Assembly (NCBI GenBank): GCA_000004985.1
Contig: GG738923.1
Strand: one strand, 5' to 3'
DNA: 64,000 nucleotides
Source of the DNA: Naegleria gruberi
Lineage: Eukaryota
The position numbers and the translations under genes are program-made. Shown one piece after another: positions 15,678 through 26,100 of the stretch (the first letter of the stretch is position 1; every line of letters begins with the position of its first letter). Under the pieces are notes generated by a model. That model did no database searches, was not told the origin of the DNA, and was given only the letters and a program-made list of their open reading frames with translations.

Positions 15678-15727
15678 NNNNNNNNNNNNNNNNNNNNNNN
15701 NNNNNNNNNNNNNNNNNNNNNNNNNNN
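15678..15727. other. Assembly gap (50 N) of unknown true length. It removes the 3' end of the ligase gene and the 5' half of the following kinase gene.
   Basis: Run of n characters. The flanking ORFs are both open into the gap. Confidence 0.95.
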
Positions 15728-16170
15728 CTGAAAAGAATGGTTAAATTGGTTGACTTTGGGTTGAGTTGTCAACCAACAGATTCACTAAGAAGGAACATAC
15801 ATTATTTTGTGGAAATAGTAATTATGCATGTCCTGAACTGTTACTAAAGAAGGCATATGGATCTGAAGTTGATGTCTATGCACTAGGAGTCCTTCTCTAT
15901 AAGATACTGTTTGGTTGTTTCCCATTTCGTGGAGCTCAACAGAAATTGCTCATGCACTTTACAGTCCCACTGAAGGATGATGTAAATGGAGATGATGCAA
16001 TGGGAAGTGATGATTGTGGTCAGAATATTTCGAAATGTTGTAAAGATTTGTTGCATAATATTTTGGAAGTCAATTGTGAAAAGAGATTTTCCATACAAGA
16101 TATCAAGAATCATCAATGGTACAAGATTGGAAAAACTCAGAAGGTGGATTTACTAGAAAGTCACGAATAA
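15728..16170 (+). CDS. C-terminal fragment of a Ser/Thr protein kinase (CAMK/AMPK-like catalytic subdomains VII-XI), with an apparent frameshift just after the DFG motif
   Basis: Frame A reads LKRMVKLVDFGLS (subdomain VII, 15728-15766). From about 15769, frame B reads STNRFTKKEHTLFCGNSNYACPELL (subdomain VIII, compare TxCGTPxYxAPE), VDVYALGVLLYKILFGCFPF (subdomain IX) and KRFSIQDIKNHQWY (subdomain XI). TAA at 16168-16170. The N-lobe is missing in the gap. Confidence 0.6.
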
Positions 16171-16505
16171 ATATATAGCCAATGTTCAAGATTTCCAATC
16201 AATCTGTTAAATTCTTTCTTTCATTATATTTTACACACTTTATATTGTGAATCATTTCCACACATATATATGAGAATTGGAGAGATAACAGTTTGGATTG
16301 AAGAAGAGCTAATGATGCACATTTATTTTGATTCGAATTTTCAAAAAAGTTGCCTCAAATCATCACCATAATGGTCGTAGAAATTGTTTATTTCAAAGCT
16401 CACGAAGAGGTAATTATATTCCGCACATAATGATGGTTTACAATATTTATCACAAAATTGAAAAATAGGAATTATTGAATTATTGAAATTAATTGCACAA
16501 GTTGA

Positions 16506-17024
16506 ATTGAATACCAATTAACTGGACTCGAAGGAGAATCGTGGAAAAATCATAAACCATTTACAAGATATGGTCAACTTCCCTACTTGAAAGTTTCAGA
16601 TGATTTTCATGTTTATCAAACATTGGCAATTGCCAGATATCTTGCTCAGGAAGGTAATTTATATCCTCTCAATGAAAGAAGGGATGCAACTCTCACTGAA
16701 GAAGTAGTTGCTTCCTTAAATGAAGTTTTGCTTGAATTCTTTAGAGTTTTCTATGAAATTTGCAATGAAACAGAGAAGGAAGAAGAATTGAAGAAATTTA
16801 AGGAAGGAACTTTGCAAAGAGTATTTAGTGGATTGAATAATTTATTGAATGGAACTAAGTGCGGATATTTCATTGAAGGAATGTTGACATGGGCTGATCT
16901 TTTTCTTTTGGAAATTGTATTAAATTTAGAAAGTGTTGGAATTGCAAATGAATATCAAAGATTGAAACAAATTTTGATGGAAAATGAGCAAGTTAAGATT
17001 CATTTGGAAACGAGAAGAAAATAA
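16506..17024 (+). CDS. Sigma-class (HPGDS-like) glutathione S-transferase, 3' portion. The open frame runs from 16506 to the stop; the 5' exon(s) encoding the first roughly 35 aa are not resolved.
   Basis: ESWKNHKPFTRYGQLPYLKVSDDFHVYQTLAIARYLAQEGNL aligns with HPGDS ADWPEIKSTLPFGKIPILEVDGLTLHQSLAIARYLTKNTDL (the QSxAIxRYL hallmark). A helical C-terminal domain follows. The ORF-track start at 16587 is a TTG, not ATG. An in-frame TGA at 16503-16505 closes the frame upstream. Confidence 0.7.
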   Translation: MEYQLTGLEGESWKNHKPFTRYGQLPYLKVSDDFHVYQTLAIARYLAQEGNLYPLNERRDATLTEEVVASLNEVLLEFFRVFYEICNETEKEEELKKFKEGTLQRVFSGLNNLLNGTKCGYFIEGMLTWADLFLLEIVLNLESVGIANEYQRLKQILMENEQVKIHLETRRK

Positions 17025-17121
17025 ACAATTTCATTAATCAAAATCTTTGATGTTGATATCATTCGAATGTTAAATAAGAATTGTAATCTCCAAGATATTC
17101 TCATAAAAAAACATAATTATA

Positions 17122-20100
17122 NNNNNNNNNNNNNNNNNNNNNNNNNNNNNNNNNNNNNNNNNNNNNNNNNNNNNNNNNNNNNNNNNNNNNNNNNNNNNNN
17201 NNNNNNNNNNNNNNNNNNNNNNNNNNNNNNNNNNNNNNNNNNNNNNNNNNNNNNNNNNNNNNNNNNNNNNNNNNNNNNNNNNNNNNNNNNNNNNNNNNNN
17301 NNNNNNNNNNNNNNNNNNNNNNNNNNNNNNNNNNNNNNNNNNNNNNNNNNNNNNNNNNNNNNNNNNNNNNNNNNNNNNNNNNNNNNNNNNNNNNNNNNNN
17401 NNNNNNNNNNNNNNNNNNNNNNNNNNNNNNNNNNNNNNNNNNNNNNNNNNNNNNNNNNNNNNNNNNNNNNNNNNNNNNNNNNNNNNNNNNNNNNNNNNNN
17501 NNNNNNNNNNNNNNNNNNNNNNNNNNNNNNNNNNNNNNNNNNNNNNNNNNNNNNNNNNNNNNNNNNNNNNNNNNNNNNNNNNNNNNNNNNNNNNNNNNNN
17601 NNNNNNNNNNNNNNNNNNNNNNNNNNNNNNNNNNNNNNNNNNNNNNNNNNNNNNNNNNNNNNNNNNNNNNNNNNNNNNNNNNNNNNNNNNNNNNNNNNNN
17701 NNNNNNNNNNNNNNNNNNNNNNNNNNNNNNNNNNNNNNNNNNNNNNNNNNNNNNNNNNNNNNNNNNNNNNNNNNNNNNNNNNNNNNNNNNNNNNNNNNNN
17801 NNNNNNNNNNNNNNNNNNNNNNNNNNNNNNNNNNNNNNNNNNNNNNNNNNNNNNNNNNNNNNNNNNNNNNNNNNNNNNNNNNNNNNNNNNNNNNNNNNNN
17901 NNNNNNNNNNNNNNNNNNNNNNNNNNNNNNNNNNNNNNNNNNNNNNNNNNNNNNNNNNNNNNNNNNNNNNNNNNNNNNNNNNNNNNNNNNNNNNNNNNNN
18001 NNNNNNNNNNNNNNNNNNNNNNNNNNNNNNNNNNNNNNNNNNNNNNNNNNNNNNNNNNNNNNNNNNNNNNNNNNNNNNNNNNNNNNNNNNNNNNNNNNNN
18101 NNNNNNNNNNNNNNNNNNNNNNNNNNNNNNNNNNNNNNNNNNNNNNNNNNNNNNNNNNNNNNNNNNNNNNNNNNNNNNNNNNNNNNNNNNNNNNNNNNNN
18201 NNNNNNNNNNNNNNNNNNNNNNNNNNNNNNNNNNNNNNNNNNNNNNNNNNNNNNNNNNNNNNNNNNNNNNNNNNNNNNNNNNNNNNNNNNNNNNNNNNNN
18301 NNNNNNNNNNNNNNNNNNNNNNNNNNNNNNNNNNNNNNNNNNNNNNNNNNNNNNNNNNNNNNNNNNNNNNNNNNNNNNNNNNNNNNNNNNNNNNNNNNNN
18401 NNNNNNNNNNNNNNNNNNNNNNNNNNNNNNNNNNNNNNNNNNNNNNNNNNNNNNNNNNNNNNNNNNNNNNNNNNNNNNNNNNNNNNNNNNNNNNNNNNNN
18501 NNNNNNNNNNNNNNNNNNNNNNNNNNNNNNNNNNNNNNNNNNNNNNNNNNNNNNNNNNNNNNNNNNNNNNNNNNNNNNNNNNNNNNNNNNNNNNNNNNNN
18601 NNNNNNNNNNNNNNNNNNNNNNNNNNNNNNNNNNNNNNNNNNNNNNNNNNNNNNNNNNNNNNNNNNNNNNNNNNNNNNNNNNNNNNNNNNNNNNNNNNNN
18701 NNNNNNNNNNNNNNNNNNNNNNNNNNNNNNNNNNNNNNNNNNNNNNNNNNNNNNNNNNNNNNNNNNNNNNNNNNNNNNNNNNNNNNNNNNNNNNNNNNNN
18801 NNNNNNNNNNNNNNNNNNNNNNNNNNNNNNNNNNNNNNNNNNNNNNNNNNNNNNNNNNNNNNNNNNNNNNNNNNNNNNNNNNNNNNNNNNNNNNNNNNNN
18901 NNNNNNNNNNNNNNNNNNNNNNNNNNNNNNNNNNNNNNNNNNNNNNNNNNNNNNNNNNNNNNNNNNNNNNNNNNNNNNNNNNNNNNNNNNNNNNNNNNNN
19001 NNNNNNNNNNNNNNNNNNNNNNNNNNNNNNNNNNNNNNNNNNNNNNNNNNNNNNNNNNNNNNNNNNNNNNNNNNNNNNNNNNNNNNNNNNNNNNNNNNNN
19101 NNNNNNNNNNNNNNNNNNNNNNNNNNNNNNNNNNNNNNNNNNNNNNNNNNNNNNNNNNNNNNNNNNNNNNNNNNNNNNNNNNNNNNNNNNNNNNNNNNNN
19201 NNNNNNNNNNNNNNNNNNNNNNNNNNNNNNNNNNNNNNNNNNNNNNNNNNNNNNNNNNNNNNNNNNNNNNNNNNNNNNNNNNNNNNNNNNNNNNNNNNNN
19301 NNNNNNNNNNNNNNNNNNNNNNNNNNNNNNNNNNNNNNNNNNNNNNNNNNNNNNNNNNNNNNNNNNNNNNNNNNNNNNNNNNNNNNNNNNNNNNNNNNNN
19401 NNNNNNNNNNNNNNNNNNNNNNNNNNNNNNNNNNNNNNNNNNNNNNNNNNNNNNNNNNNNNNNNNNNNNNNNNNNNNNNNNNNNNNNNNNNNNNNNNNNN
19501 NNNNNNNNNNNNNNNNNNNNNNNNNNNNNNNNNNNNNNNNNNNNNNNNNNNNNNNNNNNNNNNNNNNNNNNNNNNNNNNNNNNNNNNNNNNNNNNNNNNN
19601 NNNNNNNNNNNNNNNNNNNNNNNNNNNNNNNNNNNNNNNNNNNNNNNNNNNNNNNNNNNNNNNNNNNNNNNNNNNNNNNNNNNNNNNNNNNNNNNNNNNN
19701 NNNNNNNNNNNNNNNNNNNNNNNNNNNNNNNNNNNNNNNNNNNNNNNNNNNNNNNNNNNNNNNNNNNNNNNNNNNNNNNNNNNNNNNNNNNNNNNNNNNN
19801 NNNNNNNNNNNNNNNNNNNNNNNNNNNNNNNNNNNNNNNNNNNNNNNNNNNNNNNNNNNNNNNNNNNNNNNNNNNNNNNNNNNNNNNNNNNNNNNNNNNN
19901 NNNNNNNNNNNNNNNNNNNNNNNNNNNNNNNNNNNNNNNNNNNNNNNNNNNNNNNNNNNNNNNNNNNNNNNNNNNNNNNNNNNNNNNNNNNNNNNNNNNN
20001 NNNNNNNNNNNNNNNNNNNNNNNNNNNNNNNNNNNNNNNNNNNNNNNNNNNNNNNNNNNNNNNNNNNNNNNNNNNNNNNNNNNNNNNNNNNNNNNNNNNN

Positions 20101-23100
20101 NNNNNNNNNNNNNNNNNNNNNNNNNNNNNNNNNNNNNNNNNNNNNNNNNNNNNNNNNNNNNNNNNNNNNNNNNNNNNNNNNNNNNNNNNNNNNNNNNNNN
20201 NNNNNNNNNNNNNNNNNNNNNNNNNNNNNNNNNNNNNNNNNNNNNNNNNNNNNNNNNNNNNNNNNNNNNNNNNNNNNNNNNNNNNNNNNNNNNNNNNNNN
20301 NNNNNNNNNNNNNNNNNNNNNNNNNNNNNNNNNNNNNNNNNNNNNNNNNNNNNNNNNNNNNNNNNNNNNNNNNNNNNNNNNNNNNNNNNNNNNNNNNNNN
20401 NNNNNNNNNNNNNNNNNNNNNNNNNNNNNNNNNNNNNNNNNNNNNNNNNNNNNNNNNNNNNNNNNNNNNNNNNNNNNNNNNNNNNNNNNNNNNNNNNNNN
20501 NNNNNNNNNNNNNNNNNNNNNNNNNNNNNNNNNNNNNNNNNNNNNNNNNNNNNNNNNNNNNNNNNNNNNNNNNNNNNNNNNNNNNNNNNNNNNNNNNNNN
20601 NNNNNNNNNNNNNNNNNNNNNNNNNNNNNNNNNNNNNNNNNNNNNNNNNNNNNNNNNNNNNNNNNNNNNNNNNNNNNNNNNNNNNNNNNNNNNNNNNNNN
20701 NNNNNNNNNNNNNNNNNNNNNNNNNNNNNNNNNNNNNNNNNNNNNNNNNNNNNNNNNNNNNNNNNNNNNNNNNNNNNNNNNNNNNNNNNNNNNNNNNNNN
20801 NNNNNNNNNNNNNNNNNNNNNNNNNNNNNNNNNNNNNNNNNNNNNNNNNNNNNNNNNNNNNNNNNNNNNNNNNNNNNNNNNNNNNNNNNNNNNNNNNNNN
20901 NNNNNNNNNNNNNNNNNNNNNNNNNNNNNNNNNNNNNNNNNNNNNNNNNNNNNNNNNNNNNNNNNNNNNNNNNNNNNNNNNNNNNNNNNNNNNNNNNNNN
21001 NNNNNNNNNNNNNNNNNNNNNNNNNNNNNNNNNNNNNNNNNNNNNNNNNNNNNNNNNNNNNNNNNNNNNNNNNNNNNNNNNNNNNNNNNNNNNNNNNNNN
21101 NNNNNNNNNNNNNNNNNNNNNNNNNNNNNNNNNNNNNNNNNNNNNNNNNNNNNNNNNNNNNNNNNNNNNNNNNNNNNNNNNNNNNNNNNNNNNNNNNNNN
21201 NNNNNNNNNNNNNNNNNNNNNNNNNNNNNNNNNNNNNNNNNNNNNNNNNNNNNNNNNNNNNNNNNNNNNNNNNNNNNNNNNNNNNNNNNNNNNNNNNNNN
21301 NNNNNNNNNNNNNNNNNNNNNNNNNNNNNNNNNNNNNNNNNNNNNNNNNNNNNNNNNNNNNNNNNNNNNNNNNNNNNNNNNNNNNNNNNNNNNNNNNNNN
21401 NNNNNNNNNNNNNNNNNNNNNNNNNNNNNNNNNNNNNNNNNNNNNNNNNNNNNNNNNNNNNNNNNNNNNNNNNNNNNNNNNNNNNNNNNNNNNNNNNNNN
21501 NNNNNNNNNNNNNNNNNNNNNNNNNNNNNNNNNNNNNNNNNNNNNNNNNNNNNNNNNNNNNNNNNNNNNNNNNNNNNNNNNNNNNNNNNNNNNNNNNNNN
21601 NNNNNNNNNNNNNNNNNNNNNNNNNNNNNNNNNNNNNNNNNNNNNNNNNNNNNNNNNNNNNNNNNNNNNNNNNNNNNNNNNNNNNNNNNNNNNNNNNNNN
21701 NNNNNNNNNNNNNNNNNNNNNNNNNNNNNNNNNNNNNNNNNNNNNNNNNNNNNNNNNNNNNNNNNNNNNNNNNNNNNNNNNNNNNNNNNNNNNNNNNNNN
21801 NNNNNNNNNNNNNNNNNNNNNNNNNNNNNNNNNNNNNNNNNNNNNNNNNNNNNNNNNNNNNNNNNNNNNNNNNNNNNNNNNNNNNNNNNNNNNNNNNNNN
21901 NNNNNNNNNNNNNNNNNNNNNNNNNNNNNNNNNNNNNNNNNNNNNNNNNNNNNNNNNNNNNNNNNNNNNNNNNNNNNNNNNNNNNNNNNNNNNNNNNNNN
22001 NNNNNNNNNNNNNNNNNNNNNNNNNNNNNNNNNNNNNNNNNNNNNNNNNNNNNNNNNNNNNNNNNNNNNNNNNNNNNNNNNNNNNNNNNNNNNNNNNNNN
22101 NNNNNNNNNNNNNNNNNNNNNNNNNNNNNNNNNNNNNNNNNNNNNNNNNNNNNNNNNNNNNNNNNNNNNNNNNNNNNNNNNNNNNNNNNNNNNNNNNNNN
22201 NNNNNNNNNNNNNNNNNNNNNNNNNNNNNNNNNNNNNNNNNNNNNNNNNNNNNNNNNNNNNNNNNNNNNNNNNNNNNNNNNNNNNNNNNNNNNNNNNNNN
22301 NNNNNNNNNNNNNNNNNNNNNNNNNNNNNNNNNNNNNNNNNNNNNNNNNNNNNNNNNNNNNNNNNNNNNNNNNNNNNNNNNNNNNNNNNNNNNNNNNNNN
22401 NNNNNNNNNNNNNNNNNNNNNNNNNNNNNNNNNNNNNNNNNNNNNNNNNNNNNNNNNNNNNNNNNNNNNNNNNNNNNNNNNNNNNNNNNNNNNNNNNNNN
22501 NNNNNNNNNNNNNNNNNNNNNNNNNNNNNNNNNNNNNNNNNNNNNNNNNNNNNNNNNNNNNNNNNNNNNNNNNNNNNNNNNNNNNNNNNNNNNNNNNNNN
22601 NNNNNNNNNNNNNNNNNNNNNNNNNNNNNNNNNNNNNNNNNNNNNNNNNNNNNNNNNNNNNNNNNNNNNNNNNNNNNNNNNNNNNNNNNNNNNNNNNNNN
22701 NNNNNNNNNNNNNNNNNNNNNNNNNNNNNNNNNNNNNNNNNNNNNNNNNNNNNNNNNNNNNNNNNNNNNNNNNNNNNNNNNNNNNNNNNNNNNNNNNNNN
22801 NNNNNNNNNNNNNNNNNNNNNNNNNNNNNNNNNNNNNNNNNNNNNNNNNNNNNNNNNNNNNNNNNNNNNNNNNNNNNNNNNNNNNNNNNNNNNNNNNNNN
22901 NNNNNNNNNNNNNNNNNNNNNNNNNNNNNNNNNNNNNNNNNNNNNNNNNNNNNNNNNNNNNNNNNNNNNNNNNNNNNNNNNNNNNNNNNNNNNNNNNNNN
23001 NNNNNNNNNNNNNNNNNNNNNNNNNNNNNNNNNNNNNNNNNNNNNNNNNNNNNNNNNNNNNNNNNNNNNNNNNNNNNNNNNNNNNNNNNNNNNNNNNNNN

Positions 23101-26100
23101 NNNNNNNNNNNNNNNNNNNNNNNNNNNNNNNNNNNNNNNNNNNNNNNNNNNNNNNNNNNNNNNNNNNNNNNNNNNNNNNNNNNNNNNNNNNNNNNNNNNN
23201 NNNNNNNNNNNNNNNNNNNNNNNNNNNNNNNNNNNNNNNNNNNNNNNNNNNNNNNNNNNNNNNNNNNNNNNNNNNNNNNNNNNNNNNNNNNNNNNNNNNN
23301 NNNNNNNNNNNNNNNNNNNNNNNNNNNNNNNNNNNNNNNNNNNNNNNNNNNNNNNNNNNNNNNNNNNNNNNNNNNNNNNNNNNNNNNNNNNNNNNNNNNN
23401 NNNNNNNNNNNNNNNNNNNNNNNNNNNNNNNNNNNNNNNNNNNNNNNNNNNNNNNNNNNNNNNNNNNNNNNNNNNNNNNNNNNNNNNNNNNNNNNNNNNN
23501 NNNNNNNNNNNNNNNNNNNNNNNNNNNNNNNNNNNNNNNNNNNNNNNNNNNNNNNNNNNNNNNNNNNNNNNNNNNNNNNNNNNNNNNNNNNNNNNNNNNN
23601 NNNNNNNNNNNNNNNNNNNNNNNNNNNNNNNNNNNNNNNNNNNNNNNNNNNNNNNNNNNNNNNNNNNNNNNNNNNNNNNNNNNNNNNNNNNNNNNNNNNN
23701 NNNNNNNNNNNNNNNNNNNNNNNNNNNNNNNNNNNNNNNNNNNNNNNNNNNNNNNNNNNNNNNNNNNNNNNNNNNNNNNNNNNNNNNNNNNNNNNNNNNN
23801 NNNNNNNNNNNNNNNNNNNNNNNNNNNNNNNNNNNNNNNNNNNNNNNNNNNNNNNNNNNNNNNNNNNNNNNNNNNNNNNNNNNNNNNNNNNNNNNNNNNN
23901 NNNNNNNNNNNNNNNNNNNNNNNNNNNNNNNNNNNNNNNNNNNNNNNNNNNNNNNNNNNNNNNNNNNNNNNNNNNNNNNNNNNNNNNNNNNNNNNNNNNN
24001 NNNNNNNNNNNNNNNNNNNNNNNNNNNNNNNNNNNNNNNNNNNNNNNNNNNNNNNNNNNNNNNNNNNNNNNNNNNNNNNNNNNNNNNNNNNNNNNNNNNN
24101 NNNNNNNNNNNNNNNNNNNNNNNNNNNNNNNNNNNNNNNNNNNNNNNNNNNNNNNNNNNNNNNNNNNNNNNNNNNNNNNNNNNNNNNNNNNNNNNNNNNN
24201 NNNNNNNNNNNNNNNNNNNNNNNNNNNNNNNNNNNNNNNNNNNNNNNNNNNNNNNNNNNNNNNNNNNNNNNNNNNNNNNNNNNNNNNNNNNNNNNNNNNN
24301 NNNNNNNNNNNNNNNNNNNNNNNNNNNNNNNNNNNNNNNNNNNNNNNNNNNNNNNNNNNNNNNNNNNNNNNNNNNNNNNNNNNNNNNNNNNNNNNNNNNN
24401 NNNNNNNNNNNNNNNNNNNNNNNNNNNNNNNNNNNNNNNNNNNNNNNNNNNNNNNNNNNNNNNNNNNNNNNNNNNNNNNNNNNNNNNNNNNNNNNNNNNN
24501 NNNNNNNNNNNNNNNNNNNNNNNNNNNNNNNNNNNNNNNNNNNNNNNNNNNNNNNNNNNNNNNNNNNNNNNNNNNNNNNNNNNNNNNNNNNNNNNNNNNN
24601 NNNNNNNNNNNNNNNNNNNNNNNNNNNNNNNNNNNNNNNNNNNNNNNNNNNNNNNNNNNNNNNNNNNNNNNNNNNNNNNNNNNNNNNNNNNNNNNNNNNN
24701 NNNNNNNNNNNNNNNNNNNNNNNNNNNNNNNNNNNNNNNNNNNNNNNNNNNNNNNNNNNNNNNNNNNNNNNNNNNNNNNNNNNNNNNNNNNNNNNNNNNN
24801 NNNNNNNNNNNNNNNNNNNNNNNNNNNNNNNNNNNNNNNNNNNNNNNNNNNNNNNNNNNNNNNNNNNNNNNNNNNNNNNNNNNNNNNNNNNNNNNNNNNN
24901 NNNNNNNNNNNNNNNNNNNNNNNNNNNNNNNNNNNNNNNNNNNNNNNNNNNNNNNNNNNNNNNNNNNNNNNNNNNNNNNNNNNNNNNNNNNNNNNNNNNN
25001 NNNNNNNNNNNNNNNNNNNNNNNNNNNNNNNNNNNNNNNNNNNNNNNNNNNNNNNNNNNNNNNNNNNNNNNNNNNNNNNNNNNNNNNNNNNNNNNNNNNN
25101 NNNNNNNNNNNNNNNNNNNNNNNNNNNNNNNNNNNNNNNNNNNNNNNNNNNNNNNNNNNNNNNNNNNNNNNNNNNNNNNNNNNNNNNNNNNNNNNNNNNN
25201 NNNNNNNNNNNNNNNNNNNNNNNNNNNNNNNNNNNNNNNNNNNNNNNNNNNNNNNNNNNNNNNNNNNNNNNNNNNNNNNNNNNNNNNNNNNNNNNNNNNN
25301 NNNNNNNNNNNNNNNNNNNNNNNNNNNNNNNNNNNNNNNNNNNNNNNNNNNNNNNNNNNNNNNNNNNNNNNNNNNNNNNNNNNNNNNNNNNNNNNNNNNN
25401 NNNNNNNNNNNNNNNNNNNNNNNNNNNNNNNNNNNNNNNNNNNNNNNNNNNNNNNNNNNNNNNNNNNNNNNNNNNNNNNNNNNNNNNNNNNNNNNNNNNN
25501 NNNNNNNNNNNNNNNNNNNNNNNNNNNNNNNNNNNNNNNNNNNNNNNNNNNNNNNNNNNNNNNNNNNNNNNNNNNNNNNNNNNNNNNNNNNNNNNNNNNN
25601 NNNNNNNNNNNNNNNNNNNNNNNNNNNNNNNNNNNNNNNNNNNNNNNNNNNNNNNNNNNNNNNNNNNNNNNNNNNNNNNNNNNNNNNNNNNNNNNNNNNN
25701 NNNNNNNNNNNNNNNNNNNNNNNNNNNNNNNNNNNNNNNNNNNNNNNNNNNNNNNNNNNNNNNNNNNNNNNNNNNNNNNNNNNNNNNNNNNNNNNNNNNN
25801 NNNNNNNNNNNNNNNNNNNNNNNNNNNNNNNNNNNNNNNNNNNNNNNNNNNNNNNNNNNNNNNNNNNNNNNNNNNNNNNNNNNNNNNNNNNNNNNNNNNN
25901 NNNNNNNNNNNNNNNNNNNNNNNNNNNNNNNNNNNNNNNNNNNNNNNNNNNNNNNNNNNNNNNNNNNNNNNNNNNNNNNNNNNNNNNNNNNNNNNNNNNN
26001 NNNNNNNNNNNNNNNNNNNNNNNNNNNNNNNNNNNNNNNNNNNNNNNNNNNNNNNNNNNNNNNNNNNNNNNNNNNNNNNNNNNNNNNNNNNNNNNNNNNN

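Noticed and set aside
16371-16410. Candidate GST first exon (ATG at 16371; and the IVYFKAHEE snippet in another frame, followed by GTAATT)
   Set aside because: The ATG frame reads MVVELFISKLTKR*, which is not GST-like. The IVYFKAHEE frame has no in-frame ATG before an upstream stop. Neither can be spliced in phase to the conserved exon.
1-17121. Possibility of a ciliate-type genetic code (TAA/TAG as Gln) or a prokaryotic/viral origin
   Set aside because: More than 3000 codons of conserved ORFs contain no in-frame TAA/TAG, and an intron ends exactly at an in-frame TAG. Spliceosomal introns, monocistronic genes with A-rich start contexts and eukaryotic protein families rule out a prokaryote. 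No viral hallmark genes are present.
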